DNA from: Alphaproteobacteria bacterium
GTDB taxonomy: Bacteria > Pseudomonadota > Alphaproteobacteria > GM7ARS4 > G965262615
Direction of reading: 5' to 3'
Assembly (NCBI GenBank): GCA_965262615.1
Contig: OZ253545.1
Location: 1,120,001 to 1,184,000 of the forward strand
Length of the DNA stretch: 64,000 bases
Shown here: one piece after another, positions 19,979 to 29,823 of the stretch
Position numbering within the stretch: position 1 is the first letter of the stretch
How the letters are laid out: the number at the start of each line of letters is the position of its first letter
Program-made: the position numbers and the translations under genes
Notes under the pieces: model-generated
The model's database searches: none
What the model saw: the letters and a program-made list of their open reading frames with translations, nothing else
What the model was told of the DNA's origin: nothing

Positions 19979-20013
19979 ACAACCATCACAATACCCCTAG
20001 CACATCTGATGAT

Positions 20014-20165
20014 GCCATTCAATGGACGGTCAGTGATTGTGTTCCCTATCCTGATGCCGTGCAATTCATGGAAGACACCATTGCCGCCATTCAATGGACG
20101 GTCAGTGATTGCGTTCCCTACCCTGATGCCGTGCAATTCATGGAAAACACCATTGCCGCCATTCA
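20014..20165 (+). repeat. 72-bp tandem duplication at the lipB 5' end
   Basis: AIQWTVSDCVPYPDAVQFME(D/N)TIA occurs twice with 3 substitutions. Confidence 0.95.
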
Positions 20166-20697
20166 TCATGGCAAAGCGGCGGAAACCGTGTGGCTCTTGT
20201 CTCATCCTCACTGTTATGTGAGTGGCAAACGCACCGAATATGCTCACATTCTCAATCAATCGGCAGCTCTGCCTTTGTATTGCTCCGTCAGAGGCGGCTC
20301 GGTCAGCTGGCATGGAACGGGGCAGCGCATCGCTTACATCATGGTGAATCTGAAAAAACGCGGCTGGCACGACATCAGACAATTTGTCGTGGCACTGGAG
20401 AACTGTCTCATTGACACAATGGGCGAATGGAACATCAAAGCACAACGCAATGACAGACATCATGGCGTGTGGGTGAATGGTTCTATGGTGGCATCTGTTG
20501 GTTTGGCGGTGCGTCATGGCATCAGTTGGCATGGCGTGGCGGTCAATCTCACCAATGATTTGACTCCCTACGATGCCATCCTGCCCTGTGGCATGAAGCC
20601 GCAATTGGTGAGCTCTCTCGCCGCACAAGGATATAGCATCACACATGATGCATGGGATGCCGCCTTTGCTCATCACTGTGCCAGATGGCTTCAATGA
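20068..20697 (+). CDS. lipB: Lipoyl(octanoyl) transferase LipB
   Basis: WLLSHPHCYVSG, RGGSVSWHGTGQRIAY, SWHGVAVN, ILPCG; start uncertain. Confidence 0.9.
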   Translation: MEDTIAAIQWTVSDCVPYPDAVQFMENTIAAIHHGKAAETVWLLSHPHCYVSGKRTEYAHILNQSAALPLYCSVRGGSVSWHGTGQRIAYIMVNLKKRGWHDIRQFVVALENCLIDTMGEWNIKAQRNDRHHGVWVNGSMVASVGLAVRHGISWHGVAVNLTNDLTPYDAILPCGMKPQLVSSLAAQGYSITHDAWDAAFAHHCARWLQ

Positions 20698-22019
20698 GGG
20701 CTTCAATGAGCGATTCTCCTCTCATTCTTCCTTTTACCAATCATCAGTTGTTTCATGATGCGCCGCGTCAAGTGGTGGCGGCAAAGGGTGTGTATTACAC
20801 CAAAGACAATGGCGAGCCACTGCTGGACGGCACATCCGGCTTGTGGTGCGTCAATGCGGGACACAGCCGCACCGCCATCACCAAAGCCATTGCCGCTCAA
20901 ACCGAGACGCTGGATTATGCTCCCGCCTTTCAGATGGGACATCCCACCGCTTTTGCCTTGGCGGAGCGTTTGAGCTCCCTCATGCCGCCGCCCATTCATC
21001 ATGTGATGTTTGTCTCATCGGGGTCTGAGGCGGTGGAGAGCGCGCTTAAATTGGCTATACGCTATCACCGTTTGCGTCATCCTTCTTTTGAAGGCACACC
21101 TTTCGTTATTGCGCGACAGCGTAGTTATCATGGTGTCTGTTGGGGAGGCGTGACGGTGGGCGGCATTGTCAATAACCGAGTGCCCTTTGAGCGATGGACT
21201 CACACGGCGGTGGAATTTGTCAGAGCCTTTGATGATATACCCCAAAACCTCATGCAGCCGCACTTTCCGCCTCATGGCGGCATTGAGCGCGCCGATGATG
21301 TTCTTGCCATCATTGAAAAACACGGCGCAGATGCCATTGCCGCCGTCATCATGGAGCCCGTCTCTGGCTCGGCGGGCGTTCTCGTGCCGCCTGATGGTTA
21401 TTTGCAGCGAGTCAATGACATCTGTCAAACCTACGAGATTCCGCTCATTTTGGATGAGGTCATCACCGCCTTTGGGCGACTGGGTGACATCACCGCCGCC
21501 AGTCGTTTTCATCTCAAGCCAGACATGATTTGTTGTGCCAAAGGTCTCACCAATGGCACTGTTCCCATGGGCATGGTGGGGGTTTCTCGTGCCATTATGG
21601 ACACCATTAGAAACGCTGTGTCTCATCCCTATCAGATTGAATTTCCGCACGGCTTTACCTATAGCGGCCATCCCCTTGCCTGTGCGGCGGCTGATGCCGC
21701 GCTCACCATTTATCAAACGGAAGACCTATTTGCGCGGTCAAGAGAGATGGAGTCGTTTTTTGCCGATGGGATTCATTCTTTGGGTGATCTTGCCGCCGTT
21801 TGCGACATCCGCTCCATCGGCATGATGGCAGCCATTGAGCTGAAGCCGCAAGGTCATTCAAGTCAGCGGGCGTTTGATGTTTACAATCGCCTGTTTCACA
21901 AGGGATTTCTCGTGCGCACCACCGGTGACACCATTGCCCTGTCGCCCCCTCTCATCATTGGACACGAACACATTGAGCAATTGATTGAAAATCTGCGAAC
22001 GGAAATTGCCGCCAGCTGA
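20694..22019 (+). CDS. Omega-amino-acid:pyruvate aminotransferase (class III PLP enzyme)
   Basis: DGTSGLWCVNAGH, SGSEAVE, ILDEVITAFGRLG, AKGLTNG, HGFTYSGHP. Confidence 0.92.
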   Translation: MRASMSDSPLILPFTNHQLFHDAPRQVVAAKGVYYTKDNGEPLLDGTSGLWCVNAGHSRTAITKAIAAQTETLDYAPAFQMGHPTAFALAERLSSLMPPPIHHVMFVSSGSEAVESALKLAIRYHRLRHPSFEGTPFVIARQRSYHGVCWGGVTVGGIVNNRVPFERWTHTAVEFVRAFDDIPQNLMQPHFPPHGGIERADDVLAIIEKHGADAIAAVIMEPVSGSAGVLVPPDGYLQRVNDICQTYEIPLILDEVITAFGRLGDITAASRFHLKPDMICCAKGLTNGTVPMGMVGVSRAIMDTIRNAVSHPYQIEFPHGFTYSGHPLACAAADAALTIYQTEDLFARSREMESFFADGIHSLGDLAAVCDIRSIGMMAAIELKPQGHSSQRAFDVYNRLFHKGFLVRTTGDTIALSPPLIIGHEHIEQLIENLRTEIAAS

Positions 22020-22032
22020 ACTATTTTTGCGG

Positions 22033-22302
22033 CTATGTCTGCGCCATGTTTTTGATTGCCTTGTTGAGGCGTGACACCATGCGGGACACTGTCTTTTGGT
22101 GAAAAATCCCCTTGCGGGCGGCTCGTTGCAGTTCGGGTTCTACCTGTTTGAAGCCGAGCCGCGCGGCTTGTTCATCGTTATTGGCGATGGCGAGGCGTGT
22201 TTTTTTCACCATCGTGCGCACTCGCGAGCGTCGCTCACGATTGATCTGCGTATGGCGCGCCGTCACACGCATACGCTTGATGGCTGAACGAATATTTGGC
22301 AT
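22033..22302 (-). CDS. rpsT: 30S ribosomal protein S20
   Basis: MPNIRSAIKRMR...KGIFHQKTVSRMVSRL. Confidence 0.96.
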   Translation of the reverse strand: MPNIRSAIKRMRVTARHTQINRERRSRVRTMVKKTRLAIANNDEQAARLGFKQVEPELQRAARKGIFHQKTVSRMVSRLNKAIKNMAQT

Positions 22303-22347
22303 GAATACCTCTCAATCCATTTGTGCCAATCATTGCGTGTCCTGTCA

Positions 22348-23160
22348 ATGCCCGAGCTGCCAGAAATTGAGACTCTCAAACGCTCCCTTGAGCCACTGGT
22401 GCTGAGACGGCGCATTGAGCGGGTCACCGTCTTTCAGCCTCATTTACGTTTTGCGGTGGCGGCGGATTTTGCTCGCCGTTGCCGTCATCAAACCATTCAT
22501 GAATTGCAACGGCGCGGCAAGTATTTGTTGTGGAGAATGGACACAGACCAATTGCTCATTCATTGCGGCATGGCGGGCAGTCTGCACTACCATGCACGCA
22601 GAAGCGACCGCCGCAAGCATGACCATGTCATCATTGAACTGTCGGACGGCTTTGTTCATTATCATGATTCCCGCCGCTTCGGCTTAATGAGACTGATTTC
22701 CCACGAACACAACGACACGGCTCTTGATACTTTAGGCAAAGAGCCTCTCAGTGATGACTTTACCGCAGACTGGCTATTAGATGTCTGTGGCGCGCAAAAA
22801 AGCGTCACCATAAAAACATTGCTGATGAATCAACATCTAATCGCGGGCTTGGGCAATATTTATGTGTGTGAGGCTTTGTATGAGGCACGAATTCATCCCG
22901 CTCGCACCGCAAAAACTATTTCGGGTGACGAAAGCATCATTCTTGTTGATGCCATCCGCCACACACTGCTCGCCGCCATTCAAAGCGGCGGCTCCACCAT
23001 TCGTGATTACCGCAACAGTATGGGGGATACCGGATATTTTCAACATCATTTTAAGGTGTATGGAAGAGATAATGAACCATGCGCGAATTGTGATAATTAC
23101 ATTGTCAAAGAAAAAATGAACGGAAGAAGTAGTTTTTTTTGTCCTTCTTGTCAAAAATAA
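22348..23160 (+). CDS. mutM: Formamidopyrimidine-DNA glycosylase
   Basis: MPELPEIE, RRGKY, GLGNIY, C-terminal zinc finger. Confidence 0.96.
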   Translation: MPELPEIETLKRSLEPLVLRRRIERVTVFQPHLRFAVAADFARRCRHQTIHELQRRGKYLLWRMDTDQLLIHCGMAGSLHYHARRSDRRKHDHVIIELSDGFVHYHDSRRFGLMRLISHEHNDTALDTLGKEPLSDDFTADWLLDVCGAQKSVTIKTLLMNQHLIAGLGNIYVCEALYEARIHPARTAKTISGDESIILVDAIRHTLLAAIQSGGSTIRDYRNSMGDTGYFQHHFKVYGRDNEPCANCDNYIVKEKMNGRSSFFCPSCQK

Positions 23161-23175
23161 TGTGGTAGGTTAGAC

Positions 23176-23715
23176 ATGTCAGTTATGAAAATCCCACACC
23201 TAACAGAAGAAATACTGAAAGCAAATGCAGATTATGACGCATGGCAAAATACACAGCGTCCATATAAGCAAGACAAAAAGATTGCCGAAGTCATGAGAGA
23301 AGCAAAAGGGCGCGGCTACATGACAAAAGATGACCTTGTGGCAGCTGCAGAAGTGGAAAGCACTCTAGAAATAAAACAGGTGCAAAGAAAATTCTGACAC
23401 AATCATCAAACAGGTTACCGAAATTGCCTTTGCTCCTGATTGTGATGAGAAAAATCCGCGTTACAATTTTACAAAGAATTCACGGTGTCAACTGGGCGAT
23501 GGCAAGTGTTATTTTGCATTTTATTTTCCTGAAAGAATATCCGATTGTGGATATAAGAGCGATGGCAAGCGTAGGTGGTGTAACAAATTACAATTACAGC
23601 TTTGATAAATGGTGGGAATATACTTTGATTTGTCGCGAAGCTGCTAAAAAACACAATATAACCATGCGTGAGCTGGACAGAGTATTGGATGATAGACAGG
23701 CAAAGGAATTGATGA
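23176..23715 (+). pseudogene. Multiply frameshifted AT-rich gene, possibly HhH-GPD glycosylase-like
   Basis: Fragments RGYMTKDDL / KWK / CKENSDTIIKQVTEIAF / LQRIHGVNWAMASVILH..YPIVDIRA..WWEYTLICR..MRELDR fall in different frames. Confidence 0.6.
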
Positions 23716-23910
23716 TTATTTCTTCTTTGGCTTTGCATCCAACTTTTCGGCTTCCGCCTCCAACAAAATCGCGATGCCTTCTTTTATTGGATATGCCAGT
23801 TTCGCCTTGTCACTAATTAGGCGTTGGGTTTTTTCGTCATACCGTAGTTTTCCGCCGCTCACCGGGCAGATTAAAAACTCAAGCAGCGAGGTATCAAAAG
23901 AATTAGACAT
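23716..23910 (-). CDS. Trm112 family protein
   Basis: LLEFLICPVSGGKLRYD...LAYPIKEGIAILL. Confidence 0.9.
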   Translation of the reverse strand: MSNSFDTSLLEFLICPVSGGKLRYDEKTQRLISDKAKLAYPIKEGIAILLEAEAEKLDAKPKKK

Positions 23911-23936
23911 CAAAGGAATTCCCGTCATCAGTCATC

Positions 23937-24485
23937 TTATCTCATCCATTCATCATTTTGCAAGACTATTGGTTCATGGTGATGATGACGGGCAAACCGC
24001 CAGACATCCTCGCCGCGTAACGCCAGTGTCATGTCATTGACGAGAGGATGCACATAGACGCGTCCACCATTTCGCACTTGGTCATCCAGCAATAATCGCA
24101 CCCGATGGTGGGTGTCGTTCATCACAGCCAGTGGCGTGACCGAACCAACGGGAACATGAAGACATTTCAGCACGCGCGCCTCATCGGCAAACGAGAGCCG
24201 CCGTGTGCCTAGATTTTTTGCCACCGTCTGCCATGAGACGCGACAATTCGCACGGCATGTCAAAAGATACAAAGTCTTTGCATCACTTTCCGTTACACAG
24301 AGATTTTTGGTGTGAATGCCGTTGGGCAGTGCGTCATGAACGGCGGACGCATCCTCCACGCGCGGCGTGGGCGGATGCCGCCACAACTGCCATTCAATGG
24401 CAAGGGAATCCAATTGGTGCAACAGATGAGTGACAACGGGCGGTAATGTGCCGTCAGCCTCACCGTTCCACAATGTAATGGTCAT
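23937..24485 (-). CDS. YbaK/ProX aminoacyl-tRNA deacylase family protein
   Basis: HTKNL, RLSFA, GSVTPLAVMND, VHPLVN. Confidence 0.88.
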   Translation of the reverse strand: MTITLWNGEADGTLPPVVTHLLHQLDSLAIEWQLWRHPPTPRVEDASAVHDALPNGIHTKNLCVTESDAKTLYLLTCRANCRVSWQTVAKNLGTRRLSFADEARVLKCLHVPVGSVTPLAVMNDTHHRVRLLLDDQVRNGGRVYVHPLVNDMTLALRGEDVWRFARHHHHEPIVLQNDEWMR

Positions 24486-25027
24486 CTATCGTCGGCAAAG
24501 CGGTCATGATTAAAGACATAGTCGCGTCCTTCCGCCGCCGCATGGCACAAAATACACCCGGTGCGTTCGCCCTTTGCCACTCGTCCAGCCAACGCAATGG
24601 CTCTGTTGTTTTTCATCACCGTGCCATCGGGGGCATACTTGACCCAAAACCAATTGCGGTTTTCCTCATCATATCCCTTCTCACGCTGCACCATCACGGT
24701 GATTGCCTTGAGATAGCGCGCGGGATTGGCTGACACCCGTTCCACCGTCACCCCCGCAGGACCGTAATTGCGTTTGACAAGCACCCACATTTTTTTGCCG
24801 CCAATGCTCATTTGACGCTCCAAAAACTCCAGCACAAAACCGTGTGGCTCAACGCCCTCATAGAATTTCACATGAACGGGATTATCCCCCACCAGACGCA
24901 TTTTCTTCAAGCCAAACCACAAGCCTTGAGCAAAACGAATGTCATCGGACTTGCCAAACTGCTGAGCGGAAGCATCAACCGTCCATAAGAGTGCAACGGA
25001 CAATGTCCATGCCCATAGCCATCTCAT
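24482..25027 (-). CDS. Secreted c-type cytochrome, cytochrome P460-like
   Basis: Signal peptide, TVMVQREKGYD, NWFWVKY, C-terminal CILCH. Confidence 0.75.
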   Translation of the reverse strand: MRWLWAWTLSVALLWTVDASAQQFGKSDDIRFAQGLWFGLKKMRLVGDNPVHVKFYEGVEPHGFVLEFLERQMSIGGKKMWVLVKRNYGPAGVTVERVSANPARYLKAITVMVQREKGYDEENRNWFWVKYAPDGTVMKNNRAIALAGRVAKGERTGCILCHAAAEGRDYVFNHDRFADDR

Positions 25028-27789
25028 TTTATTTTCTCCAGGCGCGCGGCGCAGTATTTGACCTCCGCAATCTTGCCAAAGGGATCCAAGGCATCATTGG
25101 TGAGTTTATTGACGGCGGCATCCTCATAGCAAAACGGCATAAAAACCATGCCTTCGGGAATCTGCCTGTCCTCTCGCACATGGGTTTCAATGCGTCCCCG
25201 CCGCGTCTCCAACGCGACACTGTCACCGATGCCCAGACGCAAGCGTTTCATTTCCTTAGGGGATAAATGCACAAAGGCGCGCGGCTCAATGGCATCCAGC
25301 ACGCCCGCCCGCCGCGTCATAGAGCCGGTGTGCCAGTGCTCCAGCAAGCGTCCCGTGGTGAGAATGAGCGGATACTCCTCATCGGGCTGTTCATCGGGCG
25401 GCACAATGTCGGCACTGACCAAGCGTCCGCGTCCCGATTCGGTGGGAAAGCCATCGCCGAAAATGACAAACTCGCCCTCGGATTCCTCGCTGTCACAGGG
25501 ATACACCACCCATCCCTCTTTTTGCAAACGCTTCCACGAAATGCCCTTCATAGACGGCACACAGCTGCGCAATTCCTCATAAATCTCGCCCTCATCGGTG
25601 TAGCTCCAATTGAGTCCCATGCGATTGGCGAGGTCTTGAATAATCCGCCAATCATGACGCGCCTCACCGGGGGGCGACACCGCTTGGCGTCCCAACTGCA
25701 CATAGCGGTCGGTGTTGGTGAAACTGCCGGTCTTTTCGGGAAACGCAGAGGCGGGCAGAATCACATCGGCAAGATAGGCGGTCTCGGTGAGGAAAATATC
25801 CTGCACCACCAAATGCTCAAGGCGAGCCAATGCCTCGCGCGCATGGTGCGCGTCTGGGTCTGACATGGCGGGGTTCTCGCCCATGATGTACAAGCCCTTG
25901 ATGGAACGCTCATAGATGGCTTTCATAATCTCCACCACCGTCAAGCCCTTGTTGGCATTGAGGCTTGTGCCCCATTTTTTCTCAAAAAAGGCGCGCGTGT
26001 CATCATCATCCACAGGCTGATAGTCGGGAAAGACCATGGGAATGAGCCCCATGTCGGACGCGCCCTGCACATTGTTTTGTCCCCGCAAAGGATGAAGCCC
26101 CGTGCCTTGTCTGCCCACCTGCCCGGTGAGCAGTGCCAGTGAGATCAAACAGCGAGCATTGTCAGTGCCATGCACATGCTGCGAGACGCCCATGCCCCAA
26201 AAAATCATGGCTCGGTCGGCTTTGCCATACAAAAGAGCCATCTCACGAATGACTTCGGCATCCACGCCACAAATGGGCGACATGGCTTCGGGGGAGAAAT
26301 CCGCCACATGATTTTTAATCTCTTCAAAGCCTTGCGTGTGAGTCTCCACATATTGTTTGTCCACCAAGCCCTCACTGATGATGACATTAATCATGGCGTT
26401 CAGCAGAGCCACATCAGTGCCCGCTCTGAACTGCACCGCGTGGGTGGCGTAGCGCGCCAGTTCATTGGCGCGCGGGTCTAGCACAATCAGCTGCGTTCCC
26501 TTCTTGGCGGCATTTTTGATAAAAGTCGCCGCCACAGGATGATTTTGTGCCGGGCGCGCCCCAATCACAATGGCGACATCGGCGTGTGCCACATCAGAGA
26601 CGGGAGCGGTCACCGCACCGGAGCCAATGGTCTCCATCAATGCCGCCACCGATGACGCATGGCACAAGCGCGTGCAGTGATCCACATGATTATTACGAAA
26701 GCCCGTCCGCACCAATTTTTGAAACAAATAAGCTTCCTCATTAGAGCCCTTAGCACAGCCAAATCCCGCCAGAGCATCAATGCCCGCCTCATCGCGCAGA
26801 CGCACCAAGCCAGAGGCGGCGTAATCCAGAGCCTCATCCCAACTGGCTTCGCGAAAATGAGTCAACGGATTGCTGGGATCAAGGCGTTCTTCGGCGTTTT
26901 TGGGCGCGCCCTCACGGCGAATCAGCGGCTTGGTCAGACGATGAGGATGAGTCACATAGTCAAAGCCAAAGCGTCCCTTGACACACAAGCGTTGTTCATT
27001 GGCAGGGCCATCTCGTCCATCCACCGCAATGATGTCATTGCCCTTGGTGTGAAAGGTCAATTGACACCCCACCCCGCAATAAGGACACAAACTCTCCACA
27101 TGGTCATCCGCCTTCAATGCACCCATGCCTTTGTCATCCAGCAGTGAGCTCTCCATCAATGCCCCCGTCGGACACGCCTGCACACACTCTCCGCATGACA
27201 CACAACTGCTCGCGCCCATAGGGTCATCAAAGTCAAAGACAATCTTCGCCCCCGCCCCCCGATACGCCATGCCAATCACATCATTGACCTGCACATCGCG
27301 ACACGCCCGCACACACAAATTACAATGAATACACGCATCCAAATGCACCGCCATGGCGTGATGACTGAGGTCAGGTGACGGCACATGAGATGATTCGCGC
27401 GCCGCAAAACGACTGGAGGTGACTTCAACCGCATCCGCCATTTTCCAAAAATGCGAGTCATCATCATGGGCGCGCGTGCGTGGCGGCTGGTCAGCGACAA
27501 GCAATTCCATCACCATGCGGCGAGAATCACGAGAGCGGTCATCTTTGCTCTGCACCACCATGCCTTCGGTGGGCTGGCGAATACAGGATGCCGATAGCAC
27601 GCGCTCGCCCTCAATGTGCACCATGCAGGCGCGACAATTGCCGTCAGGCTCATAACCCACCTCATCGGCGTGACACAAATGGGGCAGCAGTGTGCCTTCT
27701 CGTTTGGCAACCTGCCAGATGGTCTCCCCTTCCCGAGCCTCCACATCACGCCCGTCCAAGCGAAACCGTATCGTTCTGTCCATTTTCAT
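25024..27789 (-). CDS. fdhF: Formate dehydrogenase alpha subunit (FdsA/FdhF-like, Cys form)
   Basis: N-terminal Fe-S motifs, CPYCGVGC, LCVKGRFG, RLCHASS, PLRGQNNVQG, HWHTGSMTRR. Confidence 0.95.
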   Translation of the reverse strand: MKMDRTIRFRLDGRDVEAREGETIWQVAKREGTLLPHLCHADEVGYEPDGNCRACMVHIEGERVLSASCIRQPTEGMVVQSKDDRSRDSRRMVMELLVADQPPRTRAHDDDSHFWKMADAVEVTSSRFAARESSHVPSPDLSHHAMAVHLDACIHCNLCVRACRDVQVNDVIGMAYRGAGAKIVFDFDDPMGASSCVSCGECVQACPTGALMESSLLDDKGMGALKADDHVESLCPYCGVGCQLTFHTKGNDIIAVDGRDGPANEQRLCVKGRFGFDYVTHPHRLTKPLIRREGAPKNAEERLDPSNPLTHFREASWDEALDYAASGLVRLRDEAGIDALAGFGCAKGSNEEAYLFQKLVRTGFRNNHVDHCTRLCHASSVAALMETIGSGAVTAPVSDVAHADVAIVIGARPAQNHPVAATFIKNAAKKGTQLIVLDPRANELARYATHAVQFRAGTDVALLNAMINVIISEGLVDKQYVETHTQGFEEIKNHVADFSPEAMSPICGVDAEVIREMALLYGKADRAMIFWGMGVSQHVHGTDNARCLISLALLTGQVGRQGTGLHPLRGQNNVQGASDMGLIPMVFPDYQPVDDDDTRAFFEKKWGTSLNANKGLTVVEIMKAIYERSIKGLYIMGENPAMSDPDAHHAREALARLEHLVVQDIFLTETAYLADVILPASAFPEKTGSFTNTDRYVQLGRQAVSPPGEARHDWRIIQDLANRMGLNWSYTDEGEIYEELRSCVPSMKGISWKRLQKEGWVVYPCDSEESEGEFVIFGDGFPTESGRGRLVSADIVPPDEQPDEEYPLILTTGRLLEHWHTGSMTRRAGVLDAIEPRAFVHLSPKEMKRLRLGIGDSVALETRRGRIETHVREDRQIPEGMVFMPFCYEDAAVNKLTNDALDPFGKIAEVKYCAARLEKIK

Positions 27790-29486
27790 GAGATTCCTAC
27801 CTCCTGTGGAAAAAATCTTAACGCACAGTCTATCGGATTTCCAGCCGCTTGTCCAAGCCCACAAATAGAGGCATCTCGCATGGCACTCACCAGCTGTGTG
27901 AGCAGTGGTGCGTTCCACTGATTTTTCTCCAGCAACGCCACCGCCTTTTCCGTTCCCACACGACAGGGGGTGCATTGTCCGCAGCTCTCATCTTCAAAAA
28001 AGCGCAACAGATTGACAACCACATCGCGCACCGAATCTTTGTCAGAAAACACCACCACCGCCGCCGAGCCCAAAAAGCACCCGTGTTCCTCCAATTGACC
28101 AAAATCCAATGGAATGTCCGCCATGCTGGCAGGCAGCACCCCACCTGATGCCCCACCGGGCAGATAGCCTTTGAATTCATGTCCGTCTTCCATGCCATCA
28201 CAATGCTCATGGAGCAATTCGTTCATGGTGATGCCCGCCGCCGCCACCTTAACACCGGGATTTTTCACCCTGCCCGAGACCGAAAAGGAATGAATTCCCT
28301 TGAAATCCCCCTTGCCCAAAGAGGCATACCATGACGCTCCTTTTTCCATGATGTCACGAATCCAATACACCGTCTCCACATTTTGATTGAGTGTGGGTTT
28401 GCCAAAGAGTCCCACCGTTGAAATATACGGCGGCTTGTGACGAGGCATCCCCCGCTTGCCTTCAATGCTTTCAATCATGGCGGATTCTTCGCCGCAGATA
28501 TATGCTCCCGCGCCGCGCCGCACATGAATGGCGGGCAAGGACGGCAATGAGGTATTCACAACGGTCAATTCTTTCATCAGCATGTGATGAATGGCGGGAT
28601 ACTCATCTCGCAGATAGATATAGATGGCTTGTGCCTCCACCGCCCATGCGGCAATGAGCGCGCCCTCCAAGAAACGATGAAGATCCTTTTCCATGTAGTA
28701 TTTGTCTTTGAAGGTGCCTGGCTCGCCTTCATCGGCATTGATGGTCAGCAAGCGCGGTTTGGAGGCGGCTCGCACAAATTTCCATTTTTGCGCCGCAGGA
28801 AAGCCCGCGCCGCCTTTGCCGCGCAGATTCGCCTGCCCCAGCTGTTCAATCACCTGTTCGGGATCATGTTGCCCCGCCACGCACGCCTCATACAAACGAT
28901 ACCCCCCCTCGCGGCGATAGATGCCAAAATCTCTGTAGGATGGCACGACAGGGGCGATGTCTTTTTTGCTGACGGTCTTTTTGATGTCCGCCAAAGTGCT
29001 GTGTGCCAAATGGTGCTGCCCCACGACCGTGACGGGAGCTTCATCGCATCGTCCCATGCAGGGAGCCGCCACCACCCGCACGGAATCATCGTTTTGCCAC
29101 TGTTTTTGAGCCTCCGCCAACAGGGATGATGCTCCCCGCAACGCACAACTGATGCTGTCACACACCCGCACGGTGATGTGCGGCACGGTGGCATCATCGG
29201 CACAAATATCAAAGTGAGCGTAAAAGCTCGCCACTTCAAACACTTCGGCAAGGGGCAGACGCAAAATCTCCGCCAGTGCCACCAAATGACGATGAAACAA
29301 TGCTCTTTGCGAATCCTGCAATCGGTGCAAATACTCCACCAACAAATCTCGGCGCAAGGGCATTGCTCCTAACAGAGCGCGCACTTCCTTGAGTGATGCC
29401 TCATCGGCTTGCCGTCCCTTCGGATAAGGGACATACATGCTTTGCGGCATATTTTTGCGTCCTTCCTTCAGGGTCTTGGTGTTCAT
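27786..29486 (-). CDS. NADH-binding formate dehydrogenase subunit (NuoE-NuoF fusion, FdsGB-like)
   Basis: LRGKGGAGFP, NADEGEPGTFKD, GAGAYICGEE, ESCGQCTPCR, ICGLG; alternative start at 29450. Confidence 0.93.
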   Translation of the reverse strand: MNTKTLKEGRKNMPQSMYVPYPKGRQADEASLKEVRALLGAMPLRRDLLVEYLHRLQDSQRALFHRHLVALAEILRLPLAEVFEVASFYAHFDICADDATVPHITVRVCDSISCALRGASSLLAEAQKQWQNDDSVRVVAAPCMGRCDEAPVTVVGQHHLAHSTLADIKKTVSKKDIAPVVPSYRDFGIYRREGGYRLYEACVAGQHDPEQVIEQLGQANLRGKGGAGFPAAQKWKFVRAASKPRLLTINADEGEPGTFKDKYYMEKDLHRFLEGALIAAWAVEAQAIYIYLRDEYPAIHHMLMKELTVVNTSLPSLPAIHVRRGAGAYICGEESAMIESIEGKRGMPRHKPPYISTVGLFGKPTLNQNVETVYWIRDIMEKGASWYASLGKGDFKGIHSFSVSGRVKNPGVKVAAAGITMNELLHEHCDGMEDGHEFKGYLPGGASGGVLPASMADIPLDFGQLEEHGCFLGSAAVVVFSDKDSVRDVVVNLLRFFEDESCGQCTPCRVGTEKAVALLEKNQWNAPLLTQLVSAMRDASICGLGQAAGNPIDCALRFFPQEVGIS

Positions 29487-29823
29487 GAATTGACAATGAC
29501 CCATAACCACCATGATTGCAAGCTCAGCTATCCGATAAAATCAGCTGAATATCGCGCAATCTTTATTGACGAGGCGAGTCTTTTGCCAGTCATGTTTTGG
29601 GATGCCTCACCTTTTGGGATGCCTCATCGGCCTGCCGTCCCTTCGGATAAGGGACATACATGCTTTGCGGCATATTTTTGCGTCCTTCCTTCAGGGTCTT
29701 GGTGTTCATGAAGCGACAATGACCCATAACCGCCATGATTGCAAGCTCAGCTATCCGATAAAATCAGCTGAATATCGCGCAATCTTTGTTGATGGGGTGA
29801 GTCTTTTGCGAGCCATGTGTTGG
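29395..29823. repeat. Tandem duplication with 223-bp period across the M48 protease / FDH junction
   Basis: 29395-29600 matches 29618-29823 with scattered substitutions; TTTTGGGATGCCTCA is repeated at the joint. Confidence 0.95.

Noticed and set aside
19839-19982. N-terminal extensions of mgtE and lipB in the ORF track
   Set aside because: They run through tRNA-Leu, and mgtE has an SD-supported start at 19838.
26640-26690. Selenocysteine in formate dehydrogenase
   Set aside because: The active site reads RLCHASS with a Cys codon and the ORF is uninterrupted.
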